This document shows, piece by piece, positions 1 through 12,918 of a DNA stretch of 64,000 nt. Positions within the stretch are counted from its first letter, which is position 1; the number at the start of each line of letters is the position of its first letter. The position numbers were made by a program, and so were the translations under genes. Origin of the DNA: Octopus sinensis (lineage: Eukaryota); contig NC_043000.1 in the NCBI RefSeq assembly GCF_006345805.1, positions 31,248,001-31,312,000 of the forward strand, written 5' to 3'. The notes under the pieces are model-generated. The model ran no database searches. It was not told the origin of the DNA and saw only the letters and a program-made list of their open reading frames with translations.

Positions 1-235
1 CAGCACAATATGCGATACAATAATGTCGATTGTTGTAGAATAAAGCCTTCAACTGAATTTAGTTTCGTCATTCAAGGTTCGGATTTTGAGTTCGTTCATT
101 CTTTACTTCTTTATTTCATTCATGAAAGAGTTGTATGTTCAGTTGAATTCCCACGGAAAAAAAATGATTTTGCCTAATTTGTTTTTTTGTAGGGATTGGT
201 GGCGGATAGTATAGGGGTGAATGAGGTATAGTATA

Positions 236-469
236 TATTTCTTTATTGCCCACAAGGGACTAAACATAGAGGGGACAAACAAGGACAGACAAACGGATTA
301 AGTCCATTACATCAACCCCAGTGCAAAACTGGTACTTTATTTATCGACTCCGAAAGGATGAAAGGCAAAGTCGACCTCGGCGGAATTTGAACCCAGAACG
401 TAAAGACAGACGAAATACCGCTAAGCATTTCGCTCGGCGCGCTAACGTTTCTGCCAGCTCGCCGCCTTA
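236..469 (-). mobile_element. tRNA-headed SINE family A, full-length monomer
   Basis: Reverse strand has A-box-like TGGCAGAAACGTTAG, B-box-like GGGTTCAAATTCC, core GCCTTTCATCCTTTCGGAGTCGATAAA and tail ending TAAAGAAATA; more than 10 similar copies in the window. Confidence 0.9.
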
Positions 470-1120
470 TAGTATAAGCATATGAGTGAGTGAGCTATAG
501 TATAGGGGTTAATGGATTGCAGTGTAGATGGAAATGAGCTATAGTTTAGTGAATAGTGTATAGTGTACGAGCTAATGGCTTACAGTATGGGTGTGAAAGG
601 GCCTAGCTCTGTGGTTCTCAAGCTGACAGCCCCTTCCACAGCAACAATATATTAGGGACATTTTTGTCCCTCTCTCGTCTTTGATAATGAAAAGACTAAT
701 TAGAGGTTTTGCTCCAAATAATTCTTCTTTCTGTACCTTGTGGTATTCCTGGACAAGTGGGGATTAGAAACATTGTAACTTTATTTAAGATGGCAATTTG
801 CTTGTTCCCTTTTCTATACTCACAGTCCTAACCCCTTCCGGGTATGCCCGGTTTCCCCTATGACAAACCCTAGGTTATACAATGTAGCAGTAGCAGTGAC
901 AAACTGAATCGTCTCTGGTAATATTCAAACTCATGATGTTATGTTTCGGAACTAAACACTATCAAACATTAAGTTTAGTTCGACAGGTCGCTGTTTCTAC
1001 GATTTCACTAATGTTAGTCCATTAATGGAGATGAATTTTTCTTCTTAATTTACTCCGTAGCCTTGATTAATTCATTGATTTTATTTGTGTGTTTTGGAAC
1101 AATCTGTGTCAGACTTAATT

Positions 1121-1121
<1 letters not shown>

Positions 1122-1194
<73 letters not shown>

Positions 1195-1222
1195 CAACAA
1201 CAACAACAAAACAACAACGACG
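1122..1222. repeat. (AAT)n/(AAC)n microsatellite
   Basis: Directly visible; source of the poly-N and poly-I ORFs. Confidence 0.97.
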
Positions 1223-2014
1223 ACGGCTGTCAAAGGAAAACAAGTGGAAATGATTAAAAGTGAAAAACTCAACTGTCACACAATACTTTATTGATATTGA
1301 CAAAGTCAGAATGAAAGAAGACAAAAATATCTGTGTATGTCGAGTTTGATTTAATGGTCTTTTACGAAAATACATTCTGGTCCTTCGTCTAACTCCACAG
1401 CAAAAATACAATGTGTTTGTTTGTTTGTTTGTGGCTTGTTGCTTCAAATAGCAGTGACCTTGAGTAATAAACCGACATAAAAACATGTCCGTAGTGTAAA
1501 ACAAATGCAACGCCGTAAACCTATTGGCTGGTGGAAATATCATTAAAATGGCGTTGTACTAACATGAGAATTATAACGTGTCCTATATTAGTACTAAATG
1601 GTTATACCGTGTTCCTAACATTTCTTCTTTGTTAAGCCCATTAAGATATAGAGTGGTACCGCTTAATAATGATTTTCTTTGAGGCATTCTGATCTAGAGT
1701 GTCATAGGGAAGCTGAGTGCTACACGTCACATGACGATTAAGTTTGAAAGTATACTCTTGTAACCCTGAGTAATATCAGGGACATATACAATAATTATAA
1801 TTCAACTTTTATAAAAAATTTCTGAGTGTTTATACAAAATGATGAGATAAATACTAATTTCTAAAAGAAAAGAATTTTCACCTTCAAATAAAATTAAATA
1901 GAAAAACAAGAAAAAGAAGACAATTTTATATTCAAACTAGCACTATAGTGCTAGTGCATGCATATACAGCTGCGTGCGTGCGCGCATACACGCGACTACT
2001 GTCCAAATCTCCGA

Positions 2015-2115
2015 CCAATCACATACAGCTAGCTGGCATTCAATTGGCGTATCAAGTTTCGGGCATTTTGATTGGGTTTTGGATAGAAAATTCACAAAAA
2101 AGTCACAGCTATTGG
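2015..2115. promoter_or_regulatory. Cluster of four CCAAT/ATTGG boxes, possible promoter-like element
   Basis: CCAAT at 2015; ATTGG at 2043, 2071 and 2111, in apparently non-repeat DNA. No linked gene identified. Confidence 0.25.
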
Positions 2116-2496
2116 TTTTTTAATGGCTTTGCGGGGTGACTGGGGAAATGTAAAGATGTGCACGACCACCCTTGGACGGTTTTCAATGACCATAGAAAGT
2201 GCGAGCCCTCTAACTGAAAAATTGTGGATTTGTATAAAGGATACACACACACTCACGCAGACAGACATTTTGCCATATATATATAGAGAGATTAACGTGG
2301 ATGCCTTGTTAGAACAGCGAATTAGCGTTGAGAGATTCTCTCATAGAGGTGCTTTGTGCATGAAAGCACACACGCTGATCGTAGCAGACGTGAATCGTCT
2401 GTTATGGGCGCTGGAATTCCCATATCACATAATTTCATTCAATCGGAAATCACCAGTGAGAAGCGTCCGGTCACCCATGCCAGTCAAATCCCGTGG

Positions 2497-2531
<35 letters not shown>

Positions 2532-2533
2532 AT

Positions 2534-2777
2534 ATTAAATTAGAGATAAAACCACTATTAGGCAAATCAAACAATGAAAAACTTAAGCCAATACATAAAA
2601 TTAATTAATTTATATTATTTTAAATATATATCAAAAATATTAAAAGTTTAATAAAGATAATTAAACTTTTAATATTTTGATATATATTTAAAATAATATA
2701 AATTAATTAATTTTATGTATTGGCTTAAGTTTTTCATTGTTTGATTTGCCTAATAGTGGTTTTATCTCTAATTTAAT
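2534..2777. repeat. Near-perfect AT-rich palindrome, ~118-bp arms, 7-nt loop
   Basis: 2534-2652 is the reverse complement of 2660-2777 apart from one A/T-run indel. Confidence 0.95.
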
Positions 2778-3984
2778 CATCATCATCATCATCATCATTT
2801 AACGTCCGCTTTCCATGCTAGCATGGGTTGGACGGTTCAACTGGGGTCTGGGGAGCCCGAAAGCTGCACCAGTCCAGTCAGATCTGGCAGTGTTTCTACA
2901 GCTGGATGCCCTTCCTAACGCCAACCACTCCGAGAGTGTAGTGGGTGATTTTATGTGCCACCGACACAGGTGCCAGACGAGGCTGGCAAACGGCCACGCT
3001 CGGATGGTGTTTTTATGTGCCACCGACACAGGTGCCAGACGAGGCTGGCAGACGGCCACGCTCGGATGGTGTTTTTATGTGCGACCGACACAGGTGCCAG
3101 ATGAGGCTGGCAAACGGCCACGATCGGATGGTTTTGTTACGTGCCCACAGCACGGAGGCCAGTCGGTGCGGTACTGGCTACGGCCACGTTCGGATGGTTT
3201 TCTTGTGTGCCACGTGCACCGGCACTGGTACCACAAAGATACAAATTCCATTGATGTTCATCTATTTTGATTTGTTTTGATTTTTTGATTTTCACTTGCC
3301 TCAACAGGTCTTCACAAGTGTCACAAGAAGGAAGGTATGCACAGGTGGACTGACTACGTCCCAGTAGGGGCCACAGGTTATGGCCTGACTAGTCTTGCCG
3401 GTCTTCGGATGGTGTTTTTATGTGCGACCGACATGCCAGATGAGGCTGGCAAACGCCCACGATCGGATGGTGTTTGTTACGTGCCCACAGCACGGAGGCC
3501 AGTCGGTGCGGTACTGGCTACGGCCACGTTCGGATGGATTTCTTGTGTGCCACAGGCACTGGTACCACAAAGATACAATTCCATTAATGTTCATCTATTT
3601 TGATTTGTTTTGATTTGATTTGATTGATTTGTTTTGATTCATTTGATTTTGATTTTCACTTGCTCAACAGGCCTTCACAAGTATCACAAGGAGGAAGGTA
3701 TGCACAGGTGGACTGACTACGTCCCAGGTAGGGGCCATGGATATGGCCTGACTAGTCTTGCCGGGTCTTCGGATGGTGTTTTTATGTGCCACCGACACAG
3801 GTGCTAGATGAGGCTGGCGAACGGCCACGATCGGATGGTGTTTGTTATGTGTCCACAGCACGATGGCCAGTCGATGCGGTACTGACTACGGCCACGTTCG
3901 GATGGATTTCTTGTGTGCCACAGGCACTGGTACCACAAAGATACAAATTCCATTGATGTTCATCTATTTTGATTTGATTTGATT
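2778..3984 (-). mobile_element. (GAT)n-tailed SINE-like element with an internal tandem array
   Basis: Minus strand has GGTTGGCGTTAGGAAGGGCATCCAG and ends GGACGTTAAA(TGA)n. ~58-bp subrepeats; ~330-364-bp units with boundaries at 3291 and 3655. Second copy at ~24.6 kb. Confidence 0.8.
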
Positions 3985-4071
3985 ATAATATTTTACTATA
4001 AAATTGGATTCAATCCTAAATCTGATTTTTCCCTGTAAGTTTCGATTTATTCCCTAATATTTTAGTATATA

Positions 4072-4983
4072 CTAGCAGTATCGCCCGGCGTTGCTCGGGT
4101 TTGTAAGGGAAATAACTATAAAGCATTTTTAGAGAGTTATAGCCAAAAAATAGCAAAAAAAATGCATTAAAAATGGAAAAAAAATTATAGTAAATTTTTT
4201 TAAAATCGTTGACTCATCGTAGACATTTTTAGAGAGTTACTTCCCTTATATAATAGCAAAAAATGCATTAAAATGGAAAAACATGATGGTAAATTATTTT
4301 TAAAATCGTAGACTCATCGTAGACGCGCGCTAATACTCAGAAGGGCTCGATATGAATCACGACTATAAGATACCCGGTTTTGGTTAAACTGCACCGCAAA
4401 ATGTGGGAGTAGTTAGGAATCTAAATCGTAGGAGACAGACACACAACTTCACTTTTATATATAAAGATTTGTGCAACAACTAAAACATTCGGTTGTGCAA
4501 ATTGTTTGCACAGGAAACCTGCCCTGTGTGGCGGTTTTTGCCGTTTTTGTGGATCTGTTTCAGCTTTTTTAGCGATTTCTGTTTTGGCGACTTCAAGCCA
4601 TGAAGTCGTTGTTCTAAAAGAACGCTGGTCTCCTTGACAACGCTTTACGACGTTGATTTCCTTACACTCCCTTCCCCACAGCTTCACGAGGGAGGGAAGA
4701 AGGGGGAGAAGCAACACAGGTGCAGATGTGAGCGTGGACGCCAACTCCGCCGCCATCGACACACGAAAAAGTATGCATTAAAATGGAATAAAAAATGATG
4801 TTAAATTATTTTTAAAATCGTAGACTCATCGTAGACGCGCGCTAATACTCAGACGGGCTCGATATGAATCACGACTATAAGATACCCGAATTTGGTTAAA
4901 CTGCACCGCAAAATGTGGGAGGAGTTAGGAATCTAAATCGAAGGGGACAGACACTCACACAACTACAGTTTTATATATATAGA
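4072..4983 (-). mobile_element. Non-autonomous composite Helitron
   Basis: Minus strand reads A|TC... at 4983 (a second 5' end at 4467) and ...CCCGAGCAACGCCGGG hairpin, 8 nt, CTAG|T at 4072. These are canonical Helitron termini with an AT target. Confidence 0.8.
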
Positions 4984-5113
4984 TATATAGAACAACAGCG
5001 TCTTTTCAGACGCTGACGTTGCAAATAGCCAGTAAGCTTATTAAGAATTAATTATTAGCGGCGGAAGCAGTATTAGCACCAAAAGTAATATTTATCATGT
5101 GATATGAGAGTCC

Positions 5114-5287
5114 CTGCCGCTACGTTCAGAGTTCAAATTCCGCCGAGGTCGACTTCGCCTTTCATCCTTTCGGGGTCGATTAAATAAGTACCAGTTACGC
5201 ACTGAGGTCGATATAATAAACTTAGTCTGTTTGTCTGTCCTCGTTTGTCCTCTCTGTGTTTAGCTCCTTGTGGGTAGTAAAGAAATA
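5114..5287 (+). mobile_element. SINE family A, 5'-truncated
   Basis: B box, core and AAAGAAATA tail present; A box missing. Confidence 0.85.
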
Positions 5288-5539
5288 TATAACAGACAAT
5301 TCTCGTCTGCTACGATCTATGTGTATGTTTTTTTATTTTATGGACAAAGCGCCTCTATGAGAGATGCTCTCAAGGCTAATAACGCAGTATTCGGCGTTCT
5401 AGCAAGACATTTACATGAAGTAGGATATAAAGATTGCGCATAGGTACTAATACTGCTTCGGTCGTTAAGAATTAAAAGTACAAAAAAAAAAAAATTGAAA
5501 ATGAAACTGGTGTCCGTATTGATTTTATACTACGGAAGA

Positions 5540-5628
<89 letters not shown>
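5540..5628. repeat. (CA)n microsatellite
   Basis: Directly visible. Confidence 0.97.
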
Positions 5629-5629
<1 letters not shown>

Positions 5630-5866
5630 CTTTTCCTCCTTTTCCTCTTTCTCACTCTGTGTAACAGCCCCTAACTCGCTGCATGCCACCAAGCCTAATC
5701 TGTGCCTTCATCCTGGCCCTCTTACTTTAACACGGTAACTCTCTTTTATTCTTTCCTTATCCCTTTCTCTATATATGGTAGAGCGTGACTGGAGTAATCG
5801 ACCAATCAAACAACGACCCAACCAGTCATCATCATCATCATCATCATCATCACCATCATCATCGTC

Positions 5867-5916
<50 letters not shown>

Positions 5917-5917
<1 letters not shown>

Positions 5918-6036
5918 GAGTGAGCGAGCAGAGCATGCCATCAAAGTGACACTGGGGTAAAATATACGAAGCCCAGTATACCCATCATGACTACCCGTCT
6001 GATAAGGGTACACCAGGCACAACCATCACAACCATA

Positions 6037-6037
<1 letters not shown>
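5917..6037 (-). mobile_element. 3' fragment (~120 bp) of the ~555-bp TAA-associated element
   Basis: Reverse complement of the 3' end of 15468-16024; (TTA)n on both sides. Confidence 0.9.
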
Positions 6038-6107
<70 letters not shown>

Positions 6108-6109
<2 letters not shown>

Positions 6110-6337
6110 TTAATTGCCCACAATGGGCTAAACATAGAGGGGACAAACAAGGACCGACAAAGGGATTAAGTCGATTACATCGACCCCAGTGCGTATCTGG
6201 TACTTAATTTATCGACCCTGAAAGGATGAAAGGCAAAGTCAACCTCGGCGGAATTTGGACTCAGAGCATAGAGACAGACGAAATACCAATAAGCATTTCG
6301 CCCAGCGTGCTAACGTTTCTGGCAGCTCACCGCCTTA
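6108..6337 (-). mobile_element. SINE family A monomer inside (TTA)n
   Basis: Head, core and tail all present. Confidence 0.9.
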
Positions 6338-6346
6338 TTATTATTA

Positions 6347-8240
6347 CGTGATGAAAATTCTCAGCTTATTTTGCTGGGTATGATGGAAAGTGTCAGCTGT
6401 CCACAGCCAGCAGACTAAAGTGGCACTTGTTTACTGGTGATGCTTCAAGAACCTTGTGAAGAATTTTTGCAGTTTCAAGCAATGCTAATTTTTGTAGGTG
6501 CTCTACCTGTCCATTTGTACCAATCTTTTAAAGCCATGTTTGTAGTTGAGTGCTGATACTTCCAAGTGCATCAATTACTATTGGTATCACGTCTGCTCTC
6601 TCATTGACCACAACCTTCGTCGTAGTTATTCAGTTTTTCTTCTCTCTCTTTTAATCCTGTTGTCACTGGGACACGTTATGTCAATTATCATGAATGTTCT
6701 TTATTTTTATCCACCACGACAAAGTCCAGTTTCCGATGTCTGGTCATGTTTCAACAATGGTTCCATGGCATTTTTTACATACCATCCTAAGCTGTTTTCC
6801 TCTGCTTCGATACAATCCTGGCAACTGATCAAACCTCTCCCACCCTTTCTTCTGGACAAGTAGTATAATCTATCGGTGTCACTCTTACGGTGGAAGGCTC
6901 CATGTACTGCCAATATTTTTCTTGTTTGGTTTCCATTTTAAGGCGGCAAGCTGGCAGAAACGTTAGCACGCCGGGCGAAATGCTTAGCAGTATTCCGTCT
7001 GCCGCTACGTTCTGAGTTCAAATTCCGCCGAGGTCAACTTTGCCTTTCATCCTTTCGGGGTCGATTAAATAAGTACCGGTTACGCACTGAGGTCGATATA
7101 ACCGACTTAACCCGTTTGTCTGTCCTTGTTTGTCCCCTCTGTGTTTAGCCCCTTGTGGGTAGTAAAGAAATAGGTATTTCGTCTGTTCTAAATTCAAATT
7201 CTGCCGCGGTTGACTTTGCCTTTCATCCTCTCAGGGTCGATTAAATAAGTACCATTTACGCACTGGGGTCGATATAATCGACTTACTCCGTTTGTCTGTC
7301 TTTGTTCGTCCCCTCTGTGTTTAGTCCCTTGTGGGTAGTAAAGAAATAGGTATCCATTTTCATCCCTTCTCTCTTTTGCCATTTTATAACTCCCTCTCCA
7401 TACCGAAGTGATGCCATCGCCCATGTATTAACCACTTGGATTTTATTCCATCCGGTTAATTCTGAGCACAACACCAATCTTAGTCTTCGGAAATATTCCA
7501 TCCTCAATTGTTCTTTCCATTTCCTCCTCCATCATCTCGTTGAACTCTTGTATGCCAAGGTATATGTAGCCTTCCTTTTCAATTTTTTTTGACTCAGTTC
7601 TTTATTATTCCTGCTAGGGACTGTACCTTACCTCTTTTCAGGTACAATATTTCACACTTCTTGAGTCCGAATTCCATTCTAATATCAGCACTAAAATAGT
7701 GGACCGCGATCATCAAGGAACTCACTTGTGCCTCATCATTGCTATACAGTTTCAAATCATTCATGAAGAGGAGACAGTTGATTGTTTGGGAGTTTCCCTT
7801 TAGTTTATATCCCAGGTTCATTTTCCTTTTTTTTCCCTTAGTCAAAGGGATCATGCAGAGAACAAAAAGCAACGGAGATAAGCTATCACCTTGGAAAATT
7901 CCTGTTCTGATGCCCAGGCTCCCCCCCCCACCATGCTTCTCTTCATGATATATGCTACATTCTAGCAATTCCAAGCAGTTCTAAGCACTTGATGATCTGT
8001 GGAATGATATCATAAGCTTTGCGATAGTCAATCCAGGCCATTCCCAAATTTCTTCGTTTACAATCTTGCATTACCATTTTGTCTATCAATAATTGATCTT
8101 TGGTACCTCTGCATCCCCTTCTACAGCCTTTTTGTTTCGGCGGTAATATATCGTTCTCATCAAGAAATTTATACAGTTCTTCTGCAATTCCTCCTGACAG
8201 TAACTTCTACATTAATGGGAGGCAGGAAATTGGCCTCTAA
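6347..8240 (-). pseudogene. Degraded 5'-truncated R4/Dong-like LINE (family 2), interrupted by a SINE dimer
   Basis: Translated pieces YRPISCLP, GIFQGDSLSPLLF, LFMNDLKLY, EFGLKKC, LSRRKGGRGL and terminal LQKLALLETAKIL; 3' UTR ends in (TAA)n. Confidence 0.85.
6939..7348 (+). mobile_element. SINE family A dimer (head plus two bodies)
   Basis: Junction AAAGAAATA|GGTATTTCGTC at 7172/7173; 12-bp TSD-like repeats GGTTTCCATTTT (6928) and GGTATCCATTTT (7349). Confidence 0.88.
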
Positions 8241-8305
8241 TTATCCACAGCATTTCCCTTTGATGCATCCTACAGGCACAACATGAATAATAATAATAAT
8301 AATAA

Positions 8306-8665
8306 CGAAAGGAAACTTGTGGATTCTCCTCATGAGCTGAATAAGGATACATCTAGTGATGCTGTCACAATAAAAACACTGGTAATTGCGCAACCTGATA
8401 ATCGCTACCTCATATGAGTGCCAATGAAAAAGCAAAATATTGTGAATAACGGTGGTAAGGAAACTGAAGCCAAATGATGGTGATAGTGTTACACCCGGTA
8501 GGCTCAGAGATTCTGGTCCGACTCCAGCCTGTCGATATCCAGAAAGGGACCACCACACACGGCGTAGGTGGAACAAGCAAGCAAATTAACGCTGTGATCA
8601 TGGTGTGTTACTACCTGAGAGCCCGGTAGATGAAAATGGTGCTCAAATTAGGGGTTACCGACAAC

Positions 8666-8666
<1 letters not shown>
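8306..8666 (+). pseudogene. N-terminal fragment of an R4/Dong-like ORF
   Basis: Frameshifted RRWNKQAN..AVIMVCYYL..PVDENGAQIRGYRQR resembles the N-terminal region of R4-clade ORFs (recalled); bounded by (AAT)n and (TTA)n. Confidence 0.5.
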
Positions 8667-8711
<45 letters not shown>

Positions 8712-9189
8712 AACATCCTAAAACGGCTTTGTTATTCGTTTTCGCTAACATCATTATTCTCTTTCAATTGTTCCACTTAGAATACGGCACGTTCTTGCTT
8801 TGTTTTAGTGTTTCGGGTTAGACTTGTATAAAAGTTTAGTTGGAAACTATTTAAACCAAGTTGATATTGTTTTGTAAATAGTGATAGTATACCAAGATCG
8901 AAATGTATTTATTGTTCAGATATAAAGCATAGAATTAGTACTGGGAAGTCAATTTAGAGTTAAATTCGGCTGATGAAGTTTTGAAACGAACAAACTTCGG
9001 GGCGTTTTGTCTACAACTAAACAAGCAAGGCGCCGTAAATTTTTGGCAAAGTATATTGGTTGAGAGCCAGTAAATTTGGTAAGCCAAAGACGTTTCAAGA
9101 TTACAATGGAAAAGTCAAATCACGGTGATAATTAAATGAATTAAGTGAATGAAATAGATTAGTTGCTCTTGTAGTTGGCGGCTGCTCTT

Positions 9190-9915
9190 TTCTATGAAAT
9201 GCACAGGTGGAAACTAATGTCAGGTGCTTTGGCTGACGAACTGTATAGATAGTTGGTAAAAAGCGGGCTACTACCTATTGAACAGAAAGGGTGCCGAAGG
9301 AGGAGTCGGGGAGCGAAAGATCAACTCTTAATTGATAATCTAATTATCAGGAACTGCAAGAGAAGATACACAAACTTGAGCATGGCATGGGTTGAGTATC
9401 GAAAAGCGTGCGATATGGTGCCTCACTCCTGGATAATCAGAAACAATGGAAATGTATGGAGTAGCAGAAAATATGAGAAGCATCATATGGAATAGCATAA
9501 AGTGCTGGATAACGGAATTGACAACAGGGAATCAAGTATTAGGAGAGGTGAAAATCAAGAGTTGATGTTGCATGCTCCTTTGACCTCCGAATAGTCAAGA
9601 AGGAAGGCAAAAAGATTGATAAATATGACACTCTTAAATACGAAATAGCCTGACTATGGAAAATGAAGAAGATGAAGATAGTGCCAATTATTGAACAGTA
9701 TCAAAAGGCATCAATGGTTATATGAAAGAAATTGGAATAGAGTGCCCAGTAGAACTGTTACAAAAGATTTGCCTCCTTGGCACGGCCAGAATAATCGGGA
9801 AAGTATTAGATGGCTGACAAGAATGAATAGCATGCTACTGTAGACAGCAGGAAGCAAACCCGCTACGCATGCAAGAGTTCAGGAGCTCCATCAAAGCCTA
9901 TGATAAAGAGAAACA
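9190..9915 (+). pseudogene. Internally deleted R4/Dong-like LINE (family 3)
   Basis: RT start [19 protein letters not shown]...[16 protein letters not shown] joined to endonuclease end DVACSFDLRIVKKE..KIDKY...LQKICLLGTARII. Confidence 0.8.
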
Positions 9916-9937
9916 ACAACAACAACAGTAATTATAA

Positions 9938-10490
9938 ATGCCCTGATGTAGTACCAGGCAGTGGCTCTCATGGCTTCTGATCTTAACTGATTGGAAGTGT
10001 TATCATGTACATTGTTTTCTCTTGGTATAAGAGATGGGCTACAGCAAATATTCTGCTCAATACCACAGATTTGCTTGTCAGTTGTTTGACCTTAACCAGT
10101 TGAGCATGTCCCTTAGTGGCTGATAATATGTGCATCTCTGATCACGAGCAGAAGTAGTGGGGGAGCATCATAGCCATGTGTTGAGAGGGATTCTTTGGGG
10201 GTTTGAATAATTCACCTCTGAAAACATGGGTGTTTCGTTCAACATCCTTAAACAAACCTTATTCAGGGACCTTTTGAGCATGTTGGCCTACTCGACCAGA
10301 AGAAAATTCTAACAGGGCCCCACCTGCAAGGTCATGCGCTGTTTATCTTGATTTGAGATCACTATGTTGCGCACATATGGTTGTGATGCATGTGCCTAGT
10401 GTACCCTTATTAGACAGGTAGTCATGATGGGTATACTGGACTTCGTATATTTTACCCCAGTGTCACTTTGATGGCATGCACTGCTCTCTC

Positions 10491-10491
<1 letters not shown>
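9938..10491 (+). mobile_element. ~555-bp non-coding TAA-associated retroelement, full-length
   Basis: ATGCCCTGA...GCACTGCTCTCTCA followed by (AAT)n; near-identical to the copies at 15468 and 32727. Confidence 0.9.
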
Positions 10492-10560
<69 letters not shown>

Positions 10561-12699
10561 GTTAATGGGTTAACATTCCTGCTTCCAAAAAGTGAAGAAA
10601 CAAATGAACCCCAAAACTATAGACCCATAACCTGCTTAACAACTATGTACAAAACACTAACATCTGTCCTGACGGAATATACCTATAGTTTTTTAACATA
10701 CAGCAGCATATTCCCTAATGAACAGAAAGGATGTAAACGTGGATCCTACGGCTGTAAAGACCAACTACTCATCAATAAGATGATCTTAGAAGATTGTCAC
10801 AAACGACACAAAAACTTATCAATAGCCTGGATAGACTATAAAAAGGCTTTTGATAGCCTACCACATAGCTGGATTAGGAAATGCCTTGAAATGTATAAGA
10901 TAGCACCAACTCTGCGAAACTTCTTGACTGTAAGTATGAGATCATGGAGAACCACACTAACTCTGAACAGTGACAGTGAATCCCTAAATGCTGGTGATGT
11001 AAAAATTTCGTGTGGCATTTTCCAGGGTGACTCACTGTCACCACTCCTCTTTTGTTTATCCTTAATACCTCTCTCAAAGCTGCTCAATGACGCGCAGTAC
11101 GGGTATAAAATGTTTGATAAAAATATAAATCATCTCGTTTACATGGATGATTTAAAGCTTTTTGCAAAAAATGATCAACAACTCAAGGGCTTACTAGCGA
11201 TAGTCAAACAATTCAGTGACGACATCAGAATGCAATTCGGCCTCGATAAATGTGCAAAGGCTACCTTTATCAAAGGAAAAATGACAGAAACATCTAACGT
11301 TAACCTTGACCAACAGAATGTCATAAAAGAACTAGACTCAGCGGAGAGCTACAAGTACCTAGGGGTAATTGAAGGGAACGGAATAAGGCATTCAGAGATG
11401 AAGGAAAGCATCAGGAGAGAATGCTATCGAAGAGTGAGAGCAATACTCAAGACAGAGCTGAATGCAAGAAACAGGATCGAAGCAATCAATGCATTAGCTA
11501 TACCAGTCGTGACTTACAGTTTCAATATTGTTAACTGGTCAATTACTGAAATATGTCAGCTCGACAGAAAAATAAGGAAACTGTTGACAATGCACAGAAT
11601 GCACCACCCTAAGGCAGATACAGAACGACTCTATCTGCCAAGAAAAGAGGGAGGCCGTGGTCTTTTGCAACTGGCAATAACAATGAAGATTGCTACAATT
11701 GGCCTAGACACCTACCTGAAAAACTCTGAGGACTGGATGCTAAAACTTGTCTCAAAACATGAAAACAAGAAAGCATCATACTCAGTCACAAAACAGGCAA
11801 AGGAATATCTAAGTGAATTCCGAATACAACCAATTTCGGAATTAGAGATAGATATACAAGAAACAAGCACAGAAAAAGCTAGGCGCATGAAAACCCGTGC
11901 CAAAACTGCGGCCTTAGATATTTTGAATAATAAATGGCAAGAAAAACCTCTCTATGGCAAATACCCAAAGAGAGCGAATAATGCAGATATCGACAAAGCC
12001 CTGACCCATCAATGGCTAATGGCCTCTGGCTTAAAATCTGAAACAGAGGGGTTTATCATAGCAGCTCAAGATCAATGCCTACCAACAAGAAACTACCAGA
12101 CCAACATATTAAAGATCAGAAGCAGTCCAACGTGTCGTGTATGCAAGCAACAAAATGAAACCATTGACCATGTGGTCTCCAAGTGCAGTCTTCTAGCGCC
12201 TACAGAGTATCTCAACAGGCACGATAGAGCTGCACAATATATTCACTGGGTAATCTGTAAAAACCTGGATTTGCCCCATGAAAAAAACTGGTAGGAACAC
12301 AAACCACCCCCAGTGCTTGAAAATGACCACATCTCACTCCTCTGGAACTTCACCATTCAAACTGACAGGAGGATAGATGCAAATAGGCCAGACATCATAT
12401 TGAAAGACTTCAAACAAAGAACATGCCTCCTCATTGATATGACTGTCCCAATCGATATAAACGTATCTGTCAAGACCTACCAAAAACTGAGCAAATATAA
12501 AGATCTTGAAATAGAAATCAGCAAAATGTGGAAGCTGAAGACTAAAACAATACCTGTTGTCATAGGTGCCCTGGGAATGATAGCAAAACGGGCTGATAGC
12601 TACCTAACTCAGATACCAGGAAACCCAAAAATGGCAGAAGTTCAAAAGATAGTGCTCATGGGAACTGCTCATATCCTACGCAAAATACTCTCTATGTAA
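10561..12699 (+). pseudogene. RT plus CCHC finger plus restriction-like endonuclease ORF, one in-frame stop (TAG 12292-12294)
   Basis: Motifs DYKKAFDS, GIFQGDSLSP, YMDDLKLF, YKYLG, CRVC-x8-H-x4-C, RHD, RPDII..LIDMTVP..KLSKY. The 10468 and 12313 ORFs share a frame. Confidence 0.93.
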
Positions 12700-12918
12700 T
12701 CTCAAGGTTTAAAACAAACATAATTTTCGGTTTAAAAAAAACAAAAAGAAAACCTTTTTTTTTTTTTTTAGACATTCATTAGTACAACATCCCCACCCCC
12801 CAAATATATGGCACACTAGGCATAACAACAACATGAACTTCCAACCCTGTTGTCTCTTGAAGTCTCTGGGTGAGACTTGGAGCCAACTTGTACAAATATA
12901 AAGCAAAAGTCAAACATA

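Noticed and set aside
6939-7040. SINE heads as tRNA genes
   Set aside because: A and B boxes only, no cloverleaf evident, and they continue into SINE bodies.
8970-8991. CTGATGA-AGTTTT-GAAAC as a hammerhead
   Set aside because: No NUH site with stem I or stem III complementarity downstream.
10468-10560. N-terminus of the 608-aa ORF (MMACTALS plus poly-Ile)
   Set aside because: Read-through from the 555-bp element and (AAT)n into a truncated LINE; not a native start.
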